64,000 bases of DNA from a virus. Taxonomy: Duplodnaviria; Caudoviricetes. Every line of letters begins with the position of its first letter. The first letter of the stretch is position 1. Both the position numbers and the translations under genes were made by a program. Below, in pieces: positions 9,876-19,011 of this stretch. The stretch covers positions 807 through 64,806 of IMG/VR virus record IMGVR_UViG_3300008113_000041, one strand, 5' to 3'. The notes beneath the pieces were generated by a model. It was not told the origin of the DNA. It ran no database searches and saw only the letters and a list, made by a program, of their open reading frames with translations.

Positions 9876-12628
9876 TGCCTCCAGTTAGACGATTAAGTAC
9901 AAAAAAGGGAGCCACTATTCCAACTAGACTTCCTATTCCATCCCTTAGCGGTGGTGTAGGAAGACAGGCGGCTTCTAAACGAACACCATTTGAAGCAGAA
10001 AATATTGATAATTGTTTTGTAACAATTGAAAGATCTATCGAAAAAAGATCTGGTTTTGAAGTTCTTTCTAAAAGTGATTTAAATAACTATGTTCTTCAAG
10101 ATGTTACAACAGATACCATAAGTAATTATTTTTACTATTGGTTAAATATAGACAAGTCTAATAGATTTGTAATTATTATAAACTACAAAGCTAGACTAGC
10201 AACAGATCGTTTATTTTCTGTTTATAGAATCTTAGAAAATACATGGGAAGATGTAACACCACCATATCAGTGGGATAGTACAGATACTGCATTAAGTTGG
10301 AATGGTACGGATACAATTGAACAGGTAGATGTACGATATCCAGTATATGCCGCTGCTTTTACAACTGCTGGTGGAACGCCAACATTAGCTCAATATAATA
10401 CTATGTTAGCTAATGGTGTTGTAAAAAGAGAATCAAGACAGTATATTACTTTTGGTTCTATAGTTGAAGATACGGGTGAAAAAGTATATACACCAAAAGA
10501 AGCTTTAAGAATTGTGTCATTAGGAACAAATACACTTATTCTAAATACTTTAGTTTATGCTGGTTTTTCTTCTAGTGAAGATGGTTATGAGTTTGATTTA
10601 AATGGGTATACTACAAATACTGTAGATTTAAAAGGAAGAAAAGTAACTTATTATACAGCAGCTCAAATTGTTAAAACAAACCTAGGTAGACTATGGCCTA
10701 CTGGAACTACTTTACCAAGTGGAGAAACAGCTCTTGCAACTTGGACTACAAAATTTATTCCAGTTGAAGATTTTATCTATGCTGAAATAGATCGTCCTTG
10801 GCTTGGTCAATCCGTTGCTGACTTTTCAGAAATTAGATTTCCACCAGATGAAAATGATTGGTATGCAAATAATGCAGATACTGCTCAATCACCAAGTGAT
10901 AATAAAGCACAACTTATGTTACAGGCTTTATATGATAAAGACCACCCATACTTAACAGGTAACTATCCTGTAGGTGGTCGTGGTAAAATATACTATTGTG
11001 CTGGTCCTTACTTAAGTCAACCATCTGGTTATTATCGTATTATTAGTTTTCCAGAAACAGAAACATATGATCCAAATACAGGGGATGCTATTGCTGGTGT
11101 TACTGGTAAAGGTAGACCATATACACAAAGAATTAGAACACCAGACGCATTCTCTTACCTAGATCCAAATAGAATGCCACAGAATCTTTTATTTGATTCT
11201 GATACTGGTTGGAGACTTCAAACTATTGACTGGACTCCAAGAACAACAGGAAATAGATATACTAATCCTGGTCCTAGTCCTTTCCTTAGTGAAGATAAGA
11301 AAACAGCTCAACCAGCAAGAATTAACTCTATTGCTGTATTTAGAGATAGACTTTTCTTTTCTGTTGGTGATGTTGTGTTTTCTTCTCAATTAGGAAACTT
11401 TCAGGATCTGTGGATTAATGATCCAACTTCTGTAACAACAGCAGACCCTATAGATTTAAGAGCGTCTTTAAATCAATACGCTGAAATTATATCTATGACC
11501 CCCTTTGATGAATTCCTTTTTATCAACACAAAAGGAAATGTTCAGTTTGAATTAAAGGGTTCACAGAATGTTATTAGTCCTCTTACTGCAGAAATATCAC
11601 CAACAACCTTTTATGCTACAGCTCCTCTTGTTGATCCTGTACTAATTGGTTCTCAGGTATATTTCTTTGATGCAAAGCGTTTGTATATTTATTACTCACA
11701 AAAGGTAAGAGGGTTGAATACAGCTGTTGAGTTAAGTTCAACTTGCCCAGACTATTTACCAAAAGAGTTTGATTCCGTTTGTACTGCTGTAGCACAAGAT
11801 ACAATTCTTTGTACAGATGCAAACGCAAAGAACAACATCTATCTGTATACAAATAGGTACAGTGGAGAAAGAATTTTACAAAGTGCTTTCTTTAGATTTG
11901 TTTTAAATGAACAAGATCTAGTAGAATCAATGCAAAGTTATGATAACTATTTATATTGTTTAATCTATAGAGAAACAGGCTCACTTTACTTAACTCGTTG
12001 TTTACTAAGAAGTGACGAGTTATCTGTACCTAAATTAGATTTTTATAGAAAGTTTACAATAAACACAGGTTTAGATGCGTCTTTAACTCAATCAATAACC
12101 GTTCCTTATGATCTTCCTTATGATAATGTTTACCTTGTATTAGGCGAAGACTTTGAAAATCTTTCTGGAACTATGTATAAAGCACAAACAAATGTTTTAG
12201 GAAACGCCACAGAAGTAACAATTACAGGAATAGATCTATCTAAACATGTTGGTAAAACTTATTACATTGGTGGTTCGTTCTTAATGAATGTTGAACTATC
12301 AGAACAGTTTTTAAGAGATGATGGAAATAACTCTGTTAATGGTGTTTTAAATCTAAGAACATTGGTTACAAGACACAATAACACAGGACACTATAAGGTT
12401 ATTGTTGAACGACGAGGTAGACCAGAAAACCTAGAGTCTGAATTTAGCTACACTAAATTAGATATCGTAAATGGAACTTACGAAAAAGACGGAGAGTTTG
12501 TGAGTAAAGTCTTTGGTTATTCAGACAACACAAAAATATTTATTCAAAGTGATTTACCTTCTCCTTGTAATATAGTACAGATGGAATTAAAAGGTAAGTT
12601 TAAACAAACATATACATCCTTGAGGTAA
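9875..12628 (+). CDS. tail tubular protein B (gp12-like)
   Basis: IPSLSGGVGRQ, INSIAVFRDRLFF, DPIDL motifs. Confidence 0.9.
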   Translation: MPPVRRLSTKKGATIPTRLPIPSLSGGVGRQAASKRTPFEAENIDNCFVTIERSIEKRSGFEVLSKSDLNNYVLQDVTTDTISNYFYYWLNIDKSNRFVIIINYKARLATDRLFSVYRILENTWEDVTPPYQWDSTDTALSWNGTDTIEQVDVRYPVYAAAFTTAGGTPTLAQYNTMLANGVVKRESRQYITFGSIVEDTGEKVYTPKEALRIVSLGTNTLILNTLVYAGFSSSEDGYEFDLNGYTTNTVDLKGRKVTYYTAAQIVKTNLGRLWPTGTTLPSGETALATWTTKFIPVEDFIYAEIDRPWLGQSVADFSEIRFPPDENDWYANNADTAQSPSDNKAQLMLQALYDKDHPYLTGNYPVGGRGKIYYCAGPYLSQPSGYYRIISFPETETYDPNTGDAIAGVTGKGRPYTQRIRTPDAFSYLDPNRMPQNLLFDSDTGWRLQTIDWTPRTTGNRYTNPGPSPFLSEDKKTAQPARINSIAVFRDRLFFSVGDVVFSSQLGNFQDLWINDPTSVTTADPIDLRASLNQYAEIISMTPFDEFLFINTKGNVQFELKGSQNVISPLTAEISPTTFYATAPLVDPVLIGSQVYFFDAKRLYIYYSQKVRGLNTAVELSSTCPDYLPKEFDSVCTAVAQDTILCTDANAKNNIYLYTNRYSGERILQSAFFRFVLNEQDLVESMQSYDNYLYCLIYRETGSLYLTRCLLRSDELSVPKLDFYRKFTINTGLDASLTQSITVPYDLPYDNVYLVLGEDFENLSGTMYKAQTNVLGNATEVTITGIDLSKHVGKTYYIGGSFLMNVELSEQFLRDDGNNSVNGVLNLRTLVTRHNNTGHYKVIVERRGRPENLESEFSYTKLDIVNGTYEKDGEFVSKVFGYSDNTKIFIQSDLPSPCNIVQMELKGKFKQTYTSLR

Positions 12629-12630
12629 AC

Positions 12631-14562
12631 ATGCCAACAAATTACGATAGAGCTTCTTTAGAGATAACAGGAACTTTTACTGTTCCTATCTCTTATTCGA
12701 CTTTATCTTTGTTTGATTCTATTGCACATAAAGATCAAATTGAAATCTATAGAACAAACATAGAAACATTATATGAAACAGAATTTGCTACTACAATAAC
12801 TTTAACAAGAGATGAAAAGAATGACTTTGGTATTATTAAACCAGAGTGGATTACTTATGATGAAGTAAATAAAACAATTACGGCTATTGCAATTCCAACA
12901 AGCCAACCATTTACTTTAGAGAACTCAACGACAATTAATTACCCAGCTATGGTTGTTGGAGAACCACTAGTTATTCGTAGACGAGTAGTAAACTCAGATA
13001 CTTTAGTTGAGTGGATTACTGGATCACGAATTACAGCAGAGCAACTAAACTTACTATCTTCTCAACTTATTGGTATAGGACAAGAAAATAGATTTGAGCT
13101 AGAAGAAAAAGTTGTTAAACTAGAAGATGCTGGTATTGAATATGCTACACCAGCTTATGTTGATGCTACTTTTGATACACTGGCAGATCTTATTACACTA
13201 CCTTCTGGTATTGAAAACGCAAACAATAGAGATAAGTGTTTGGTTGTTTTATCTAGAATTGGATCAGAAAATATTCCACAGGCTGCGGCTTCTTTAAAAT
13301 GGGACACAGTTACTAGTCAATTAGAATTAATTGGTTTGGCTTCCCAAACTCAAAATAGATTAGAGTTTTTAGCCAGTGATGGAACAACACTAATAAATTA
13401 CTTTAATCCTAGAGGTGTTTTAAATAACGCTGGTCGTGTATATTATGGTTCTACAACCCCAACAGCACCAAATGCCGCAGATACAGGTCTTTTATGGTGG
13501 GATACTTCAGCTGGAAACCAAGTATTAAAAGCATGGAATGGTTCAAGTTGGGATTCTTTAACTGTGGGTGCTGGTTCTTATGTAACTATAGATACCACAC
13601 AAACTATCTCGGGAGCTAAAACCTTTTCTGCTGCTACGACTTTTACAAATTCTGTAACTGTAAATAGTACAGGTAATATCTTACTAGGAGCAACAGCTGA
13701 TATTAGAGGTAGCGGCGCAAGTAAATCAATTTTACTACGACCAACATCAAGCGGTTCAGTAGTAACTACTGTTCTTACTGCAACAGACTCACAAGTTTCC
13801 GTTGCAACAGGTAAAGCTTTAGATTATGATACATTAAGCGCAACAGCAAAAACAATTACTTGTACCTTAGCAGACAACCAGACAATAACTGGTGTTAAAA
13901 CAATCAACACACATCTTGTACTTGGACCAAGCACTACTTATGGAAACCAAAGTAACATCTTAACTACAACAAGTGCAGCATCAAGTGATGGATCTAACTT
14001 AGTAATGAGAATTAATGGTTCTGCAACAACAAGATATGTAAAGATTAATAAAGAAACAGAAACAACTACTGGTATTGAGTTAAGACCAAAAAATCAAGCA
14101 GGAAATGGTTCTACTTATCTTCAAGGACCAACTATTCAAAACGACGGTGACTTTACTTTAGGAGCTACGAGTAGAATTAGGAACTTAAAAAACTGTAGAA
14201 TTCCTGGGTCGGCTATTATATTTGGAAGAAACGCAGCTAACTTTACAAGTCCTTTAGGAAATATAGGTGGTTTACCTTCTATTCCAGAAGCAACCATAAC
14301 TTGTACACAAACAGGAGCTGGAGTAGTTAGTGTTGCTATAACAAATACAGGAACAACAGAACAACAATATAGAATTACATGGGAACAAATTCACCCAGCT
14401 ACAGTAACAACTGGAACAGTTTCTCACTTTATTGTTCCTGTTGGAGCAGATACGATTACATTAGCTGGAGGAGCAAATACAACATGGACAATAACAACAT
14501 CACACTCTGGTACTTATAATGCTAACTATCATACTAAGATTTATGTAACGGTTATCTACTAA
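12631..14562 (+). CDS. tail fibre protein
   Basis: gp17-like attachment segment (VIRRR..GSRITAEQLN..Q..QE); QTISGAKTF / QTITGVKTI fibre repeats; Thr/Gly-rich. Confidence 0.8.
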   Translation: MPTNYDRASLEITGTFTVPISYSTLSLFDSIAHKDQIEIYRTNIETLYETEFATTITLTRDEKNDFGIIKPEWITYDEVNKTITAIAIPTSQPFTLENSTTINYPAMVVGEPLVIRRRVVNSDTLVEWITGSRITAEQLNLLSSQLIGIGQENRFELEEKVVKLEDAGIEYATPAYVDATFDTLADLITLPSGIENANNRDKCLVVLSRIGSENIPQAAASLKWDTVTSQLELIGLASQTQNRLEFLASDGTTLINYFNPRGVLNNAGRVYYGSTTPTAPNAADTGLLWWDTSAGNQVLKAWNGSSWDSLTVGAGSYVTIDTTQTISGAKTFSAATTFTNSVTVNSTGNILLGATADIRGSGASKSILLRPTSSGSVVTTVLTATDSQVSVATGKALDYDTLSATAKTITCTLADNQTITGVKTINTHLVLGPSTTYGNQSNILTTTSAASSDGSNLVMRINGSATTRYVKINKETETTTGIELRPKNQAGNGSTYLQGPTIQNDGDFTLGATSRIRNLKNCRIPGSAIIFGRNAANFTSPLGNIGGLPSIPEATITCTQTGAGVVSVAITNTGTTEQQYRITWEQIHPATVTTGTVSHFIVPVGADTITLAGGANTTWTITTSHSGTYNANYHTKIYVTVIY

Positions 14563-14858
14563 TGAGTCCAGAATTAAATACACTAACAGTCGAAGAACTT
14601 CTAAAGATATTGGGAGTTCTTGTAATTCCAGTTATTGGTGCTGTTGTTTGGACTACAACTGTTATGTTTAGTATGAAAGCTGATATCAAAGCTTTAGAAA
14701 CTATGGTAAAAGCTTTGAAAGATAATGAAAGTCAGCGTATTGATAGATTAGAAAAGAATCTAAATGAGATTCGCAGTTTAGTCACAGCTTTATTAGTTAA
14801 CTTTGCCAAACAAAATGTTAAGATAGACACTTTTGACGAAAGGAATAAACATGATTAA
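14562..14858 (+). CDS. membrane protein, holin-like candidate
   Basis: One hydrophobic helix (ILGVLVIPVIGAVVW) plus coiled coil. Confidence 0.5.
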   Translation: MSPELNTLTVEELLKILGVLVIPVIGAVVWTTTVMFSMKADIKALETMVKALKDNESQRIDRLEKNLNEIRSLVTALLVNFAKQNVKIDTFDERNKHD

Positions 14859-15420
14859 ACATTTAGTTTTATCCACAGTTATTCTTTTTGGTTGTTCTAG
14901 TGTAAAAGAAATCTCTTCAAGCAATCAAAATATCCAAGACAAAGCTATTCAGTCAAAGGAAAAATTTGAATTCATCCACGAAGAAACCAGAGGCCCAGAA
15001 GTCCCAGATTTTATTAAAATCCACGAAGTCTCCGCACAAGGGATTCTTGAACAGACCCATATCATTGAGGAAACCAAGGACATTGTACAAGCTACCACGG
15101 GCGTAAAAGACATTACTCCTTGGTGGTCTGAAATGATTGTCTATGTTATGGTTTGTTTATCAATCCTTGGGGTTATCTTTGGTCTTTGGTATCTTGGCGT
15201 TGGTCATCTAACTAAAGCTTTGTTTATGAGAATTGGTTTTATTTCTGCAGCTAAGAAAGACGAAGCAAAATTATTTTTAGATGCATTAGACACAAGTAAC
15301 AAAACAACAATCGAAGAAGCAATTGCTGCTTTAAGAGCAAGAGATACAGAACTGGATCTTGCTTTTAAAAAAGAAAAGAAGGTGAGAAATGCCAGGAAAC
15401 AGAGTAACACAACCAGTTAA
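14851..15420 (+). CDS. lipoprotein with internal TM helix (spanin candidate)
   Basis: MIKHLVLSTVILFG-C lipobox; later hydrophobic helix MIVYVMVCLSILGVIFGLWYL. Confidence 0.55.
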   Translation: MIKHLVLSTVILFGCSSVKEISSSNQNIQDKAIQSKEKFEFIHEETRGPEVPDFIKIHEVSAQGILEQTHIIEETKDIVQATTGVKDITPWWSEMIVYVMVCLSILGVIFGLWYLGVGHLTKALFMRIGFISAAKKDEAKLFLDALDTSNKTTIEEAIAALRARDTELDLAFKKEKKVRNARKQSNTTS

Positions 15421-17863
15421 AGGACAAAAAGGAGAGCAAGGCTTTAGTATTAAGTCGGCTTCCCTTGTTGGCGACAACCTAGTATTACAGTCAACCAGCG
15501 GCTCCTCCTACGATGTGGGTAATGTGAAGGGAGCTACTGGTCCTGCTGGTGCTAGTGGTTCGGATATTAGCGATCCTAATGAACCAGATATTGTAGTGGA
15601 TAACTTTGTTAGTTTAGGCGATGGTAATACAAGTGGTGATAATGTTATTATTTATTCTTTTGATGGAGAAGGATTACTATATACAAACACTAAAACACTA
15701 TCATCAAATGGCGCAATAAAAGTATATGAAGCTGACTCAGAAACAGATCATATTGGTGTTGTTCAATTAAGATGTGAAAATGATTTGGGTGCTGGTAGTG
15801 AAGTTGGCTTATTAACGCTAGGTAGAGATACTAGTAATATAGTAGATTTTGCACAGTTAAATACACTAACATTTGTTATTAAAACACCAGCAAACAGTGC
15901 AGATCCAACAGGAGGAGTTAGCCCAACATCTACAAACTACGATCTTTATTTTGGATTATTTGATGATGCTAATAACCCACCAACAAATGGAATTTATTTT
16001 AGAAGATTAAATGGTGCCGCTTGGACTCCAGTTTGTAAAAACGGCGGTTCAACGACTACAGGCACAACAACAGCGTATTCTAGCAATACTTGGTATACAT
16101 TAAAGATTAGAAAAGTTTCTGCTACTGAGGTTGGTTTTACAGTAAACACAGGAACAGAAGTAGTTATTTCTACTAATATTCCTACTGGTTATATGAATTG
16201 TGGTATTATAATTGTAAATAATACAGCAGGTTCTAGTGTTCGTTATCTTAAACTAGATTTCTTTAGTTTAAAAATAGGAACTTCAAACGCAACAACAACA
16301 AATACAATTGTTGGTACAGCAAACGAAGTAGAAGTAACTGGTCCTGTTAGTAATGTGATTACCGTAGGTTTACCTAATACAGTTATTGTAGATCAAGTTA
16401 CAGTAGACCAACTAAACTTAGATACCACACTAACTCCAGTAAATCCATTGGGAGATGGTGTTATTGCTTATGATCCAGAATATCAGTCTCCGATTATGGG
16501 CTTGGATGGTGGTCTAACAAACACAAATATTACCGCTCCTTTGGGTTCTGCTCTTGTTAAATTAGTTCGTAATAATACAGGCGCAACGATCACAAAAGGT
16601 CAAGTAGTTTATATTACTGGATCTCACGCATCAACTCATATTTTAGTGAGCCTTGCTGATGCCTCTAGTGAAGCAACAGCTAAAGATACAATTGGTGTTG
16701 CTGCTCACGATATTGCTAACAATACCGAAGGCTGGATCATAACTCAAGGATATCTTAAAGGATTTACCACAAACACAACTACAGGTACAGGTGGAGAAGG
16801 TTCCACACTATGGTTATCTACTACAGCAGGAGCTTTTACTTATGATAGACCAACAGCACCAGATCATGGTGTAGTTGTTGGATTCATGGTAAAGTCTGCA
16901 GGATCTGGGGCTGGGTCTATCTATGTTAAAGTTTCTAATGGTCAAGAACTAGAAGAACTACACGATGTTTATATTAACAGCATAGCAAATAACGATGTAT
17001 TACAGTGGGATAACACAGATCTCCGTTGGGAAAACAGATCTTTATCTGCGGCTGGTATAGCTTCATCTGGTCATACACATACATTAAACGACCTATCTGA
17101 TGTTACAATTACTTCAGTAGCTAGTAATAATCTCATTCAATATAACGGTACAGATTGGATTAATAGATCTATAACTGCTGCTGGTATAATGCCAGATCCA
17201 ACAAGCGCAACAAATCCTGTTTACTTTGTTGAAGACTTTTTGCAAGCTGGTACAGAAACAGGCGAAGTTGGCCTTTACAACTGGAACTTAGCAAACGGTC
17301 AAGTTACTGCTGTTAACTCAGAACTTAATCACCCTGGTATTTGTCGCTATCGTTGTAGTGGTACGGCTAATACCGTTAGTTGGTTATCTACTTCCAATAC
17401 TAACAACAACACAACAGCTCAATTTCATATTGATGATGTACAAGAATTTACTATTGTTTTTAAAGATGTTCAAACAGATTTAGATACATATAGAACATAT
17501 GGTTTACTTGCAGACGCTACAAATACAGCAGGACAACCAAACGGAATTTATTTACAAAAAGATATATTAGGTGTCGGCTCTGGAAATTGGAATTTTGTTT
17601 GTCAAAGAAATACAGTAACACGAACTTCTGTTCTTTGGCAAGCACAAAACACTAACTGGCACAAAATAAGGGTTGTTATTACAGCATCTCAAGTAGACTT
17701 CTATGCTGATGGAGCAACCAGTCCAACAGCAAGCATTACAACAAACATCCCAACAAGCACAACACTTGCTCCGTTTATTATTTTGACTCCAACAGGAACA
17801 AGTCTTGTTCGGACTGTAGATTTTGATTTCTTCTCTTATAAACTAAGAGGAATAACTAGATAA
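15389..17863 (+). CDS. second fibre / receptor-binding or decoration protein
   Basis: N-terminal Gly-X-Y triplets; two related beta-rich domains (NGIY, TNIPT, DFFS); L..L.DV fibre repeats. Confidence 0.7.
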   Translation: MPGNRVTQPVKGQKGEQGFSIKSASLVGDNLVLQSTSGSSYDVGNVKGATGPAGASGSDISDPNEPDIVVDNFVSLGDGNTSGDNVIIYSFDGEGLLYTNTKTLSSNGAIKVYEADSETDHIGVVQLRCENDLGAGSEVGLLTLGRDTSNIVDFAQLNTLTFVIKTPANSADPTGGVSPTSTNYDLYFGLFDDANNPPTNGIYFRRLNGAAWTPVCKNGGSTTTGTTTAYSSNTWYTLKIRKVSATEVGFTVNTGTEVVISTNIPTGYMNCGIIIVNNTAGSSVRYLKLDFFSLKIGTSNATTTNTIVGTANEVEVTGPVSNVITVGLPNTVIVDQVTVDQLNLDTTLTPVNPLGDGVIAYDPEYQSPIMGLDGGLTNTNITAPLGSALVKLVRNNTGATITKGQVVYITGSHASTHILVSLADASSEATAKDTIGVAAHDIANNTEGWIITQGYLKGFTTNTTTGTGGEGSTLWLSTTAGAFTYDRPTAPDHGVVVGFMVKSAGSGAGSIYVKVSNGQELEELHDVYINSIANNDVLQWDNTDLRWENRSLSAAGIASSGHTHTLNDLSDVTITSVASNNLIQYNGTDWINRSITAAGIMPDPTSATNPVYFVEDFLQAGTETGEVGLYNWNLANGQVTAVNSELNHPGICRYRCSGTANTVSWLSTSNTNNNTTAQFHIDDVQEFTIVFKDVQTDLDTYRTYGLLADATNTAGQPNGIYLQKDILGVGSGNWNFVCQRNTVTRTSVLWQAQNTNWHKIRVVITASQVDFYADGATSPTASITTNIPTSTTLAPFIILTPTGTSLVRTVDFDFFSYKLRGITR

Positions 17864-17873
17864 AGGAATTAAC

Positions 17874-17972
17874 ATGGCAAAAAAATTAAAACCACTAACT
17901 AAAAAAACCACAAAAAAATCAGAAACAAAAAGCAAAAATAAAAAGTCTTGCAACTGTGGTTGCAAACACTAA
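17874..17972 (+). CDS. small Lys-rich peptide, 32 aa (not in ORF track)
   Basis: MAKKLKPLTKKTTKKSETKSKNKKSCNCGCKH; AAGGA RBS. Confidence 0.6.
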   Translation: MAKKLKPLTKKTTKKSETKSKNKKSCNCGCKH

Positions 17973-17981
17973 GGATTATAA

Positions 17982-18125
17982 ATGCCTAAAGACGCTTGCT
18001 ACAAAAAAGTAATGAAGGCTTACAAAGGAAAGAACAGTGCGTATGCATCTGGAGCTATGGTTAAGTGTAGAAAAGTAGGTGTAGCTAAGTGGGGAAATAA
18101 AACAAAAAAAGCAGGTAAGAAATAA
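17982..18125 (+). CDS. small basic protein, 47 aa (not in ORF track)
   Basis: MPKDACYKKVMKAYKGKNSAYASGAMVKCRKVG...; AAGGA RBS; TAATG-coupled to next gene. Confidence 0.75.
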   Translation: MPKDACYKKVMKAYKGKNSAYASGAMVKCRKVGVAKWGNKTKKAGKK

Positions 18126-18361
18126 TGGCAGACTTTTCATTAGAAAAGAAGTATGGTTTACACGGTTGGTTTAAAAGGAATAAAGGTAAAGGCTGGGTAA
18201 ACTGTAAAACAGGCGGTCCATGCGGTCGTAAATCAGCTTCATCTGGTGGTTCTTATCCTGCTTGTAGACCAACTATGGCACAGTGTACAACTAAAGGTGT
18301 TAAAGCTAAAAAAAGTTCTAAGCCTGTTTCTTGGACTTCTTCTAAAAAGAAGAAAAAATAA
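18125..18361 (+). CDS. small basic Cys-containing protein
   Basis: GLHGWF..WVNC..PCGRK..YPACRP. Confidence 0.75.
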   Translation: MADFSLEKKYGLHGWFKRNKGKGWVNCKTGGPCGRKSASSGGSYPACRPTMAQCTTKGVKAKKSSKPVSWTSSKKKKK

Positions 18362-18434
18362 AACACTTACGGATCTACCAAAATACTTATAAATTCATTG
18401 TTAGGTTTTAAAACACTTACAGAAAGGACAGTTT

Positions 18435-18548
18435 ATGCTATTAGCTAGTATTGAGTCATTCTTGGGTTCACTTTGGTTTGCTGCTCTTCTTGGCGTGGTC
18501 GGCTATGTTGCTGGTCACATCTTTCCTATTTCAAAGTTCAAGAAGTAA
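18435..18548 (+). CDS. small membrane protein, 37 aa (holin candidate; not in ORF track)
   Basis: MLLASIESFLGSLWFAALLGVVGYVAGHIFPISKFKK; AGAAAGGA RBS; position of T7 holin gene 17.5, just before terS. Confidence 0.6.
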   Translation: MLLASIESFLGSLWFAALLGVVGYVAGHIFPISKFKK

Positions 18549-18551
18549 GCA

Positions 18552-18758
18552 ATGAACAAGGTCGAACTCCTTAATCAACTACTTATCTCAAAGTTAATTG
18601 AGGATCTTAACGACCCTAATAAATGTACCCCTGGTTTATATCAAGCAGCTCGGGGCATTGTTAACGATAATAGAGATAAGTTGGATGAGATTCCTACAGA
18701 TTCGCTTGATAGTTTAGAATCAAGACTGATTTCTAAAGCACCTTTTAAGTTAAAGTAA
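18552..18758 (+). CDS. terminase small subunit (gp18-like)
   Basis: Size, helical pattern and position upstream of terL. Confidence 0.65.
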   Translation: MNKVELLNQLLISKLIEDLNDPNKCTPGLYQAARGIVNDNRDKLDEIPTDSLDSLESRLISKAPFKLK

Positions 18759-18767
18759 CCTTATTGC

Positions 18768-18994
18768 CCTATACCTACATAGTCACTGGGTATAGGTACG
18801 CTGGCCGCTCATGCCTTAACGGGCATGGGGTGGGTAACTCCCACAGGCCGCCTCATTACTGGGCATTCATGCGCCAGTATTTCGCTACACCCGTTCAGAG
18901 CGAAGGCTCTGGGCGGGCTTTACAGCCCATTACAGCCGTTTCTCCACCTTGCCCCACCATCCGTAGGGGTCGGAAACGGAACGCCTCTAATGGG
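18768..18994 (+). ncRNA. putative structured RNA/ssDNA element between terS and terL
   Basis: GC-rich island with consecutive stems; see findings. Confidence 0.55.
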
Positions 18995-19011
18995 ATTCTA
19001 GGAGGATTTTT

